Positions 13,518 through 27,144 of a DNA stretch of 64,000 bases are shown here, in pieces (the first letter of the stretch is position 1; each line of letters begins with the position of its first letter). The notes under the pieces are model-generated. The model had not been told where the DNA came from. It saw only the letters and a list, made by a program, of their open reading frames with translations, and ran no database searches. The translations under genes and the position numbers were made by a program. Source of the stretch: Auanema rhodensis (taxonomy: Eukaryota; Animalia; Nematoda). The stretch lies in NCBI GenBank assembly GCA_964057225.1, contig OZ059899.1, positions 9,920,001 through 9,984,000 on the forward strand, written 5' to 3'.

Positions 13518-14297
13518 TAAATTTTTTTCATTTCACTTGTCATTTATAAAAATCGAATTCATCTTCTTCAACGATTTGTTTTGCAATGTGTCATAAGAAT
13601 TTCATAGTTGAACAAAACGTTTTTTAAGAAGTTTTTTTGTTGTCAACATATATATTTTCCTGGAATTCGAAAGCATTTGGGATGGAAATTAGAAAGAAAA
13701 GAACTAGTTTTTCCTACTTTAAAACAAACAATAAGAAATAAAATGAAAAAGATTGTTAGATATCCAATTTAAACTTATACATTTACTTCGATAAAGAGCC
13801 TATTAGTTTGAAATTTTATGTCTTACAGTTCTCCAACAGAACAGACTGATCCTGATTTCTCTATGATTACATAAAACTCTCGTTTGATATAAAAGCATAT
13901 TGGATAGAAATTTCGAAAGCATTTTGGATGAAAATTAGAAAGAAAAGAACTAGTTTTTCCTACTTTAAAACAAACAATAAGAAATAAAATGAAAAAGATT
14001 GTTAGATATCCAATTTAAACTTATACATTTACTTCGATAAAGAGCCTATTAGTTTGAAATTTTATGTCTTACAGTTCTCCAACAGAACAGACTGATCCTG
14101 ATTTCTCTATGATTACATAAAACTCTCGTTTGATATACAAAAAGGAGAGGAATAACGTTTCCAGGATATCAATGATATCGAATCTAGTGATATTGTAGAA
14201 AAATGTAATGTCAGCTCCATAGTTTTTCTCTTTATTTCTCTCATCACAATAGTCTTAGTTTTTTTTCATAAGAGTTTCTGAAATCTTAGTTGAACAA

Positions 14298-14370
14298 GGC
14301 CGCGTGGCGCAATGGATAACGCATCTGCCTACGGAGCAGAAGATTGTAGGTTCGAATCCTGCCGTGGTCG
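14298..14370 (+). tRNA. tRNA-Arg-ACG: tRNA-Arg(ACG), copy 6, variant G26A
   Basis: Reads AACGCATCTG instead of AACGCGTCTG (A at 14323, hinge position 26). All stems remain intact. Confidence 0.93.
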
Positions 14371-16340
14371 TAAATTTTTTTCATTTCACTTGTCATTTAT
14401 AAAAATCGAATTTATCCTCTTCAACGATTATTTTTGCAATGTGTCATAAGAATTTCATAGTTGAACAAAACGTTTTTTAAGAAGTTTTTTTGTTGTCAAC
14501 ATATATATTTTCCTGGAATTCGAAAGCATTTGGGATGGAAATTAGAAAGAAAAGAACTAGTTTTTTCTACTTTAAAACAAACAATAAGAAATAAAATGAA
14601 AAAGATTGTTAGATATCCAATTTAAACTTATACATTTACTTTGATAAAGAGCCTATTAGTTTGAAATTTTATGTCTTACAGTTCTCCAACAGAACAGACT
14701 GATCCTGATTTCTCTATGATTACATAAAACTCTTGTTTGATATACAAAATAGAGAGGAATAACGTTTCCAGGATATCAATGATATCGAATCTAGTGATAT
14801 TGTAGAAAAATGTAATGTCAGCTTCATAGTTTTTCTCTTAATTTCTCTCATCACAATAGTCTTAGTTTTTTTTCATAAGAGTTTCTGAAATCTTAGTTGA
14901 ACAAGGCAGTATATATTTTTTTCTGGAATTCGAAAGCATTTGGGATGGAAATTAGAAAGAAAAGAACTAGTTTTTCCTACTTTAAAACAAACAATAAGAA
15001 ATAAAATGAAAAAGATTGTTAGATATCCATTTTAAACTTATACATTTACTTCGATAAAGAGCCTATTAGTTTGAAATTTTATGTCTTACAGTTCTCCAAC
15101 AGAACAGACTGATCCTGATTTTTCTACGATTACATAAAACTCTCGTTTGATATAAAAGCATATTGGATAGAAATTTCGAAAGCATTTTGGATGGAAATTA
15201 GAACGAAAAGAACTAGTTTTTTCTATTTTAAAACAAACAATAATAAACAAAATGAAAAGATTGTTAGATATCCAATTTAAACTTATACATTTACTTCGAT
15301 AAAGAGCCTATTAGTTTGAAATTTTATGTCTTACAGTTCTCCAACAGAACAGACTGATCCTGATTGCTCTATGATTACATAAAACTCTCGTTTGATATAA
15401 AAGCATATTGGATAGAAATTTCGAAAGCATTTTGGATGGAAATTAGAACGAAAAGAACTAGTTTTTCTATTTTAAAACAAACAATAATAAACAAAATGAA
15501 AAGATTGTTAGATATCCAATTTAAACTTATACATTTACTTCGATAAAGAGCCTATTAGTTTGAAATTTTATGTCTTACAGTTCTCCAACAGAACAGACTG
15601 ATCCTGATTGCTCTATGATTACATAAAACTCTCGTTTGATATAAAAGCATATTGGATAGAAATTTCGAAAGCATTTTGGATGGAAATTAGAACGAAAAGA
15701 ACTAGTTTTTCTATTTTAAAACAAACAATAATAAACAAAATGAAAAGATTGTTAGATATCCAATTTAAACTTATACATTTACTTCGATAAAGAGCCTATT
15801 AGTTTGAAATTTTATGTCTTACAGTTCTCCAACAGAACAGACTGATCCTGATTGCTCTATGATTACATAAAACTCTCGTTTGATATAGAAGCATATTGGA
15901 TAGAAATTTCGAAAGCATTTTGGATGGAAATTTGAAAGAAAAGAACTAGTTTTTTCTACTTTAAAACAAACAATAAGAAATAAAATGAAAAAGATTGTTA
16001 GATATCCAATGTAAACTTATACATTTACTTCGATAAAGAGCCTATTAGTTCGAAATTTTATGTCTTACAGTTCTCCAACAGAACAGACTGATCCTGATTT
16101 CTCTATGATTACATAAAACTCTCGTTTGATATAAAAGCATATTGGATAGAAATTTCGAAAGCATTTTGGATGGAAATTAGAACGAAAAGAACTAGTTTTT
16201 TCTATTTTAAAACAAACAATAATAAACAAAATGAAAAGATTGTTAGATATCCAATTTTAACTTATACATTTACTTCGATGAAGAGCCTATTAGATTGAAT
16301 TTTTATGTCTTACAGTTCTCCAACAGAACAGACTTATCCT

Positions 16341-18959
16341 GATTTTTCTACGATTACATAAAACTCTCGTTTGATATACAAAAAGGAGAGGAATAACGTT
16401 TCCAGGATATCAATGATATCGAATCTAGTGATATTGTAGAAAAATGTAATGTCAGCTCCATAGTTTTTCTCTTAATTTCTCTCATCACAATAGTCTTAGA
16501 TTTTTTCATAAGAGTTTCTGAAATCTTAGTTGAACAAGGCAGTATATATTTTTTTCTGGAATTCGAAAGCATTTGGGATGGAAATTAGAAAGAAAAGAAC
16601 TAGTTTTTCCTACTTTAAAACAAACAATAAGAAATAAAATGAAAAAGATTGTTAGATATCCAATTTAAACTTATACATTTACTTCGATAAAGAGCCTATT
16701 AGTTTGAAATTTTATGTTTTACAGTTCTCCAACAGAACAGACTGATCCTGATTTCTCTATGATTACATAAAACTCTCGTTTGATATAAAAGCATATTGGA
16801 TAGAAATTTCGAAAGCATTTTGGATGGAAATTAGAACGAAAAGAACTAGTTTTTTCTATTTTAAAACAAACAATAATAAACAAAATGAAAAGATTGTTAG
16901 ATATCCAATTTTAACTTATACATTTACTTCGATGAAGAGCCTATTAGATTGAATTTTCATGTCTTACAGTTCTCCAACAGAACAGACTTATCCTGATTTT
17001 TCTACGATTACATAAAACTCTCGTTTGATATACAGAAAGGGGAGGAATAACGTTTCCAGGATATCAATGATATCGAATCTAGTGATATTGTAGAAAAATG
17101 TAATGTCAGCTCCATAGTTTTTCTCTTAATTTCTCTCATCACAATAGTCTTAGTTTTTTTTCATAAGAGTTTCTGAAATCTTAGTTGAACAAGGCAGTAT
17201 ATATTTTTTTCTGGAATTCGAAAGCATTTGGGATGAAAATTAGAAAGAAAAGAACTAGTTTTTCCTACTTTAAAACAAACAATAAGAAATAAAATGAAAA
17301 AGATTGTTAGATATCCAATTTAAACTTATACATTTACTTCGATAAAGAGCCTATTAGTTTGAAATTTTATGTCTTACAGTTCTCCAACAGAACAGACTGA
17401 TCCTGATTTCTCTATGATTACATAAAACTCTCGTTTGATATAAAAGCATATTGGATAGAAATTTCGAAAGCATTTTGGATGGAAATTAGAACGAAAAGAA
17501 CTAGTTTTTTCTATTTTAAAACAAACAATAATAAACAAAATGAAAAGATTGTTAGATATCCAATTTTAACTTATACATTTACTTCGATGAAGAGCCTATT
17601 AGATTGAATTTTTATGTCTTACAGTTCTCCAACAGAACAGACTGATCCTGATTTTTCTACGATTACATAAAACTCTCGTTTGATATACAAAAAGGAGAGG
17701 AATAACGTTTCCAGGATATCAATGATATCGAATCTAGTGATATTGTAGAAAAATGTAATGTCAGCTCCATAGTTTTTCTCTTAATTTCTCTCATCACAAT
17801 AGTCTTAGTTTTTTTTCATAAGAGTTTCTGAAATCTTAGTTGAACAAGGCAGTATATATTTTTTTCTGGAATTCGAAAGCATTTGGGATGAAAATTAGAA
17901 AGAAAAGAACTAGTTTTTCCTACTTTAAAACAAACAATAAGAAATAAAATGAAAAAGATTGTTAGATATCCAATTTAAACTTATACATTTACTTCGATAA
18001 AGAGCCTATTAGTTTGAAATTTTATGTCTTACAGTTCTCCAACAGAACAGACTGATCCTGATTTCTCTATGATTACATAAAACTCTCGTTTGATATAAAA
18101 GCATATTGGATAGAAATTTCGAAAGCATTTTGGATGGAAATTAGAACGAAAAGAACTAGTTTTTTCTATTTTAAAACAAACAATAATAAACAAAATGAAA
18201 AGATTGTTAGATATCCAATTTTAACTTATACATTTACTTCGATGAAGAGCCTATTAGATTGAATTTTTATGTCTTACAGTTCTCCAACAGAACAGACTGA
18301 TCCTGATTTTTCTACGATTACATAAAACTCTCGTTTGATATACAAAAAGGAGAGGAATAACGTTTCCAGGATATCAATGATATCGAATCTAGTGATATTG
18401 TAGAAAAATGTAATGTCAGCTCCATAGTTTTTCACTTAATTTCTCTCATCACAATAGTCTTAGTTTTTTTTCATAAGAGTTTCTGAAATCTTAGTTGAAC
18501 AAGGCAGTATATATTTTTTTCTGGAATTCGAAAGCATTTGGGATGAAAATTAGAAAGAAAAGAACTAGTTTTTCCTACTTTAAAACAAACAATAAGAAAT
18601 AAAATGAAAAAGATTGTTAGATATCCAATTTAAACTTATACATTTACTTCGATAAAGAGCCTATTAGTTTGAAATTTTATGTCTTACAGTTCTCCAACAG
18701 AACAGACTGATCCTGATTTCTCTATGATTACATAAAACTCTCGTTTGATATAAAAGCATATTGGATAGAAATTTCAAAAGCATTTTGGATGGAAATTAGA
18801 ACGAAAAGAACTAGTTTTTTCTATTTTAAAACAAACAATAATAAACAAAATGAAAAGATTGTTAGATATCCAATTTTAACTTATACATTTACTTCGATGA
18901 AGAGCCTATTAGATTGAATTTTTATGTCTTACAGTTCTCCAACAGAACAGACTGATCCT
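16341..18959 (+). repeat. (L-S)x4 dimeric higher-order repeat, ~655 bp
   Basis: L starts at 16341, 16995, 17650 and 18305, each followed by one S. Confidence 0.88.
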
Positions 18960-21904
18960 GATTTTTCTACGATTACATAAAACTCTCGTTTGATATACAA
19001 AAAGGAGAGGAATAACGTTTCCAGGAAATCAATGATATCGAATCTAGTGATATTGTAGAAAAATGTAATGTCAGCTCCATAGTTTTTCTCTTAATTTCTC
19101 TCATCACAATAGTCTTAGTTTTTTTTCATAAGAGTTTCTGAAATCTTAGTTGAACAAGGCAGTATATATTTTTTTCTGGAATTCGAAAGCATTTGGGATG
19201 GAAATTAGAAAGAAAAGAACTAGTTTTTCCTACTTTAAAACAAACAATAAGAAATAAAATGAAAAAGATTGTTAGATATCCAATTTAAACTTATACATTT
19301 ACTTCGATAAAGAGCCTATTAGTTTGAAATTTTATGTCTTACAGTTCTCCAACAGAACAGACTGATCCTGATTTTTCTACGATTACATAAAACTCTCGTT
19401 TGATATACAAAAAGGAGAGGAATAACGTTTCCAGGATATCAATGATATCGAATCTAGTGATATTGTAGAAAAATGTAATGTCAGCTCCATAGTTTTTCTC
19501 TTAATTTCTCTCATCACAATAGTCTTAGTTTTTTTCATAAGAGTTTCTGAAATCTTAGTTGAACAAGGCAGTATATATTTTTTTCTGGAATTCGAAAGCA
19601 TTTGGGATGAAAATTAGAAAGAAAAGAACTAGTTTTTCCTACTTTAAAACAAACAATAAGAAATAAAATGAAAAAGATTGTTAGATATCCAATTTAAACT
19701 TATACATTTACTTCGATAAAGAGCCTATTAGTTTGAAATTTTATGTCTTACAGTTCTCCAACAGAACAGACTGATCCTGATTTCTCTATGATTACATAAA
19801 ACTCTCGTTTGATATAAAAGCATATTGGATAGAAATTTCGAAAGCATTTTGGATGGAAATTAGAAAGAAAAGAACTAGTTTTTCCTACTTTAAAACAAAC
19901 AATAAGAAATAAAATGAAAAAGATTGTTAGATATCCAATTTAAACTTATACATTTACTTCGATAAAGAGCCTATTACTTTGAAATTTTATGTCTTACAGT
20001 TCTCCAACAGAACAGATTGATCCTGATTTCTCTATGATTACATAAAACTCTCGTTTGATACAAAAGCATATTGGATAGAAATTTCGAAAGCATTTTGGAT
20101 GGAAATTAGAACGAAAAGAACTAGTTTTTTCTATTTTAAAACAAACAATAATAAACAAAATGAAAAGATTGTTAGATATCCAATTTTAACTTATACATTT
20201 ACTTCGATGAAGAGCCTATTAGATTGAATTTTTATGTCTTACAGTTCTCCAACAGAACAGACTGATCCTGATTTTTCTACGATTACATAAAACTCTCGTT
20301 TGATATACAAAAAGGAGAGGAATAACGTTTCCAGGAAATCAATGATATCGAATCTAGTGATATTGTAGAAAAATGTAATGTCAGCTCCATAGTTTTTCTC
20401 TTAATTTCTCTCATCACAATAGTCTTAGTTTTTTTTCATAAGAGTTTCTGAAATCTTAGTTGAACAAGGCAGTATATATTTTTTTCTGGAATTCGAAAGC
20501 ATTTGGGATGAAAATTAGAAAGAAAAGAACTAGTTTTTCCTACTTTAAAACAAACAATAAGAAATAAAATGAAAAAGATTGTTAGATATCCAATTTAAAC
20601 TTATACATTTATTTCGATAAAGAGCCTATTAGTTTGAAATTTTATGTCTTACAGTTCTCCAACAGAACAGACTGATCCTGATTTTTCTACGATTACATAA
20701 AACTCTCGTTTGATATAAAAGCATATTGGATAGAAATTTCGAAAGCATTTTGGATGGAAATTAGAACGAAAAGAACTAGTTTTTTCTATTTTAAAACAAA
20801 CAATAATAAACAAAATGAAAAGATTGTTAGATATCCAATTTAAACTTATACATTTACTTCGATAAAGAGCCTATTAGTTTGAAATTTTATGTCTTACAGT
20901 TCTCCAACAGAACAGACTGATCCTGATTGCTCTATGATTACATAAAACTCTCGTTTGATATAAAAGCATATTGGATAGAAATTTCGAAAGCATTTTGGAT
21001 GGAAATTAGAACGAAAAGAACTAGTTTTTCTATTTTAAAACAAACAATAATAAACAAAATGAAAAGATTGTTAGATATCCAATTTAAACTTATACATTTA
21101 CTTCGATAAAGAGCCTATTAGTTTGAAATTTTATGTCTTACAGTTTTCCAACAGAACAGACTGATCCTGATTGCTCTATGATTACATAAAACTCTCGTTT
21201 GATATAAAAGCATATTGGATAGAAATTTCGAAAGCATTTTGGATGGAAATTAGAACGAAAAGAACTAGTTTTTCTATTTTAAAACAAACAATAATAAACA
21301 AAATGAAAAGATTGTTAGATATCCAATTTAAACTTATACATTTACTTCGATAAAGAGCCTATTAGTTTGAAATTTTATGTCTTACAGTTCTCCAACAGAA
21401 CAGACTGATCCTGATTGCTCTATGATTACATAAAACTCTCGTTTGATATAGAAGCATATTGGATAGAAATTTCGAAAGCATTTTGGATGGAAATTTGAAA
21501 GAAAAGAACTAGTTTTTCCTACTTTAAAACAAACAATAAGAAATAAAATGAAAAAGATTGTTAGATATCCAATTTAAACTTATACATTTACTTCGATGAA
21601 GAGCCTATTAGATTGAATTTTTATGTCTTACAGTTCTCCAACAGAACAGACTGATCCTGATTTCTCTATGATTACATAAAACTCTCGTTTGATATAAAAG
21701 CATATTGGATAGAAATTTCGAAAGCATTTTGGATGGAAATTTGAAAGAAAAGAACTAGTTTTTCCTACTTTAAAACAAACAATAAGAAATAAAATGAAAA
21801 AGATTGTTAGATATCCAATTTTAACTTATACATTTACTTCGATGAAGAGCCTATTAGATTGAATTTTTATGTCTTACAGTTCTCCAACAGAACAGACTGA
21901 TCCT

Positions 21905-24900
21905 GATTTTTCTACGATTACATAAAACTCTCGTTTGATATACAAAAAGGAGAGGAATAACGTTTCCAGGATATCAATGATATCGAATCTAGTGATATTG
22001 TAGAAAAATGTAATGTCAGCTCCATAGTTTTTCTCTTAATTTTTCTCATCACAATAGTCTTAGTTTTTTTTCATAAGAGTTTCTGAAATCTTAGTTGAAC
22101 AAGGCAGTATATATTTTTTTCTGGAATTCGAAAGCATTTGGGATGGAAATTAGAAAGAAAAGAACTAGTTTTTCCTACTTTAAAACAAACAATAAGAAAT
22201 AAAATGAAAAAGATTGTTAGATATCCAATTTAAACTTATACATTTACTTCGATAAAGAGCCTATTAGTTTGAAATTTTATGTCTTACAGTTCTCCAACAG
22301 AACAGACTGATCCTGATTGCTCTATGATTACATAAAACTCTCGTTTGATATAAAAGCATATTGGATAGAAATTTCGAAAGCATTTTGGATGGAAATTAGA
22401 ACGAAAAGAACTAGTTTTTTCTATTTTAAAACAAACAATAATAAACAAAATGAAAAGATTGTTAGATATCCAATTTTAACTTATACATTTACTTCGATGA
22501 AGAGCCTATTAGATTGAAATTTTATGTCTTACAGTTCTCCAACAGAACAGACTGATCCTGATTTTTCTACGATTACATAAAACTCTCGTTTGATATACAA
22601 AAAGGAGAGGAATAACGTTTCCAGGATATCAATGATATCGAATCTAGTGATATTGTAGAAAAATGTAATGTCAGCTCCATAGTTTTTCTCTTAATTTCTC
22701 TCATCACAATAGTCTTAGTTTTTTTTCATAAGAGTTTCTGAAATCTTAGTTGAACAAGGCAGTATATATTTTTTTCTGGAATTCGAAAGCATTTGGGATG
22801 AAAATTAGAAAGAAAAGAACTAGTTTTTCCTACTTTAAAACAAACAATAAGAAATAAAATGAAAAAGATTGTTAGATATCCAATTTAAACTTATACATTT
22901 ACTTCGATAAAGAGCCTATTAGTTTGAAATTTTATGTTTTACAGTTCTCCAACAGAACAGACTGATCCTGATTTCTCTATGATTACATAAAACTCTCGTT
23001 TGATATAAAAGCATATTGGATAGAAATTTCGAAAGCATTTTGGATGGAAATTAGAACGAAAAGAACTAGTTTTTTCTATTTTAAAACAAACAATAATAAA
23101 CAAAATGAAAAGATTGTTAGATATCCAATTTTAACTTATACATTTACTTCGATGAAGAGCCTATTAGATTGAATTTTCATGTCTTACAGTTCTCCAACAG
23201 AACAGACTTATCCTGATTTTTCTACGATTACATAAAACTCTCGTTTGATATACAGAAAGGAGAGGAATAACGTTTCCAGGATATTAATGATATCGAATCT
23301 AGTGATATTGTAGAAAAATGTATTGTCAGCTCCATAGTTTTTCTCTTAATTTCTCTCATCACAATAGTCTTAGTTTTTTTTCATAAGAGTTTCTGAAATC
23401 TTAGTTGAACAAGGCAGTATATATTTTTTTCTGGAATTCGAAAGCATTTGGGATGAAAATTAGAAAGAAAAGAACTAGTTTTTCCTACTTTAAAACAAAC
23501 AATAAGAAATAAAATGAAAAAGATTGTTAGATATCCAATTTAAACTTATACATTTACTTCGATAAAGAGCCTATTAGTTTGAAATTTTATGTCTTACAGT
23601 TCTCCAACAGAACAGACTGATCCTGATTTCTCTATGATTACATAAAACTCTCGTTTGATATAAAAGCATATTGGATAGAAATTTCGAAAGCATTTTGGAT
23701 GGAAATTAGAACGAAAAGAACTAGTTTTTTCTATTTTAAAACAAACAATAATAAACAAAATGAAAAGATTGTTAGATATCCAATTTTAACTTATACATTT
23801 ACTTCGATGAAGAGCCTATTAGATTGAATTTTTATGTCTTACAGTTCTCCAACAGAACAGACTGATCCTGATTTTTCTACGATTACATAAAACTCTCGTT
23901 TGATATACAAAAAGGAGAGGAATAACGTTTCCAGGATATCAATGATATCGAATCTAGTGATATTGTAGAAAAATGTAATGTCAGCTCCATAGTTTTTCTC
24001 TTAATTTCTCTCATCACAATAGTCTTAGTTTTTTTTCATAAGAGTTTCTGAAATCTTAGTTGAACAAGGCAGTATATATTTTTTTCTGGAATTCGAAAGC
24101 ATTTGGGATGAAAATTAGAAAGAAAAGAACTAGTTTTTCCTACTTTAAAACAAACAATAAGAAATAAAATGAAAAAGATTGTTAGATATCCAATTTAAAC
24201 TTATACATTTACTTCGATAAAGAGCCTATTAGTTTGAAATTTTATGTTTTACAGTTCTCCAACAGAACAGACTGATCCTGATTTCTCTATGATTACATAA
24301 AACTCTCGTTTGATATAAAAGCATATTGGATAGAAATTTCGAAAGCATTTTGGATGGAAATTAGAACGAAAAGAACTAGTTTTTTCTATTTTAAAACAAA
24401 CAATAATAAACAAAATGAAAAGATTGTTAGATATCCAATTTTAACTTATACATTTACTTCGATGAAGAGCCTATTAGATTGAATTTTCATGTCTTACAGT
24501 TCTCCAACAGAACAGACTTATCCTGATTTTTCTACGATTACATAAAACTCTCGTTTGATATACAGAAAGGAGAGGAATAACGTTTCCAGGATATCAATGA
24601 TATCGAATCTAGTGATATTGTAGAAAAATGTATTGTCAGCTCCATAGTTTTTCTCTTAATTTCTCTCATCACAATAGTCTTAGTTTTTTTTCATAAGAGT
24701 TTCTGAAATCTTAGTTGAACAAGGCAGTATATATTTTTTTCTGGAATTCGAAAGCATTTGGGATGAAAATTAGAAAGAAAAGAACTAGTTTTTCCTACTT
24801 TAAAACAAACAATAAGAAATAAAATGAAAAAGATTGTTAGATATCCAATTTAAACTTATACATTTACTTCGATAAAGAGCCTATTAGTTTGAAATTTTAT

Positions 24901-27144
24901 GTTTTACAGTTCTCCAACAGAACAGACTGATCCTGATTTCTCTATGATTACATAAAACTCTCGTTTGATATAAAAGCATATTGGATAGAAATTTCGAAAG
25001 CATTTTGGATGGAAATTAGAACGAAAAGAACTAGTTTTTTCTATTTTAAAACAAACAATAATAAACAAAATGAAAAGATTGTTAGATATCCAATTTTAAC
25101 TTATACATTTACTTCGATGAAGAGCCTATTAGATTGAATTTTCATGTCTTACAGTTCTCCAACAGAACAGACTTATCCTGATTTTTCTACGATTACATAA
25201 AACTCTCGTTTGATATACAGAAAGGAGAGGAATAACGTTTCCAGGATATCAATGATATCGAATCTAGTGATATTGTAGAAAAATGTATTGTCAGCTCCAT
25301 AGTTTTTCTCTTAATTTCTCTCATCACAATAGTCTTAGTTTTTTTTCATAAGAGTTTCTGAAATCTTAGTTGAACAAGGCAGTATATATTTTTTTCTGGA
25401 ATTCGAAAGCAGTTGGGATGAAAATTAGAAAGAAAAGAACTAGTTTTTCCTACTTTAAAACAAACAATAAGAAATAAAATGAAAAAGATTGTTAGATATC
25501 CAATTTGAACTTATACATTTACTTCGATAAAGAGCCTATTAGTTTGAAATTTTATGTCTTACAGTTCTCCAACAGAACAGACTGATCCTGATTTCTCTAT
25601 GATTACATAAAACTCTCGTTTGATATAAAAGCATATTGGATAGAAATTTCGAAAGCATTTTGGATGGAAATTAGAACGAAAAGAACTAGTTTTTTCTATT
25701 TTAAAACAAACAATAATAAACAAAATGAAAAGATTGTTAGATATCCAATTTTAACTTATACATTTACTTCGATGAAGAGCCTATTAGATTGAATTTTTAT
25801 GTCTTACAGTTCTCCAACAGAACAGACTGATCCTGATTTTTCTACGATTACATAAAACTCTCGTTTGATATACAAAAAGGAGAGGAATAACGTTTCCAGG
25901 ATATCAATGATATCGAATCTAGTGATATTGTAGAAAAATGTAATGTCAGCTCCATAGTTTTTCTCTTAATTTCTCTCATCACAATAGTCTTAGTTTTTTT
26001 TCATAAGAGTTTCTGAAATCTTAGTTGAACAAGGCAGTATATATTTTTTTCTGGAATTCGAAAGCATTTGGGATAAAAATTAGAAAGAAAAGAACTAGTT
26101 TTTCCTACTTTAAAACAAACAATAAGAAATAAAATGAAAAAGATTGTTAGATATCCAATTTAAACTTATACATTTACTTCGATAAAGAGGCTATTAGTTT
26201 GAAATTTTATGTCTTACAGTTCTCCAACAGAACAGACTGATCCTGATTTCTCTATGATTACATAAAACTCTCGTTTGATATAAAAGCATATTGGATAGAA
26301 ATTTCGAAAGCATTTTGGATGGAAATTAGAACGAAAAGAACTAGTTTTTTCTATTTTAAAACAAACAATAATAAACAAAATGAAAAGATTGTTAGATATC
26401 CAATTTTAACTTATACATTTACTTCGATGAAGAGCCTATTAGATTGAATTTTTATGTCTTACAGTTCTCCAACAGAACAGACTGATCCTGATTTTTCTAC
26501 GATTACATAAAACTCTCGTTTGATATACAAAAAGGAGAGGAATAACGTTTCCAGGAAATCAATGATATCGAATCTAGTGATATTGTAGAAAAATGTAATG
26601 TCAGCTCCATAGTTTTTCTCTTAATTTCTCTCATCACAATAGTCTTAGTTTTTTTTCATAAGAGTTTCTGAAATCTTAGTTGAACAAGGCAGTATATATT
26701 TTTTTCTGGAATTCGAAAGCATTTGGGATAAAAATTAGAAAGAAAAGAACTAGTTTTTCCTACTTTAAAACAAACAATAAGAAATAAAATGAAAAAGATT
26801 GTTAGATATCCAATTTAAACTTATACATTTACTTCGATAAAGAGGCTATTAGTTTGAAATTTTATGTCTTACAGTTCTCCAACAGAACAGACTGATCCTG
26901 ATTTCTCTATGATTACATAAAACTCTCGTTTGATATGAAAGCATATTGGATAGAAATTTCGAAAGCATTTTGGATGGAAATTAGAACGAAAAGAACTAGT
27001 TTTTTCTATTTTAAAACAAACAATAATAAACAAAATGAAAAGATTGTTAGATATCCAATTTTAACTTATACATTTACTTCGATGAAGAGCCTATTAGATT
27101 GAATTTTTATGTCTTACAGTTCTCCAACAGAACAGACTGATCCT
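21905..27144 (+). repeat. (L-S)x8 dimeric higher-order repeat, 655 bp
   Basis: L starts at 21905, 22560, 23215, 23870, 24525, 25180, 25835 and 26490, an exact 655-bp period. Confidence 0.9.
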
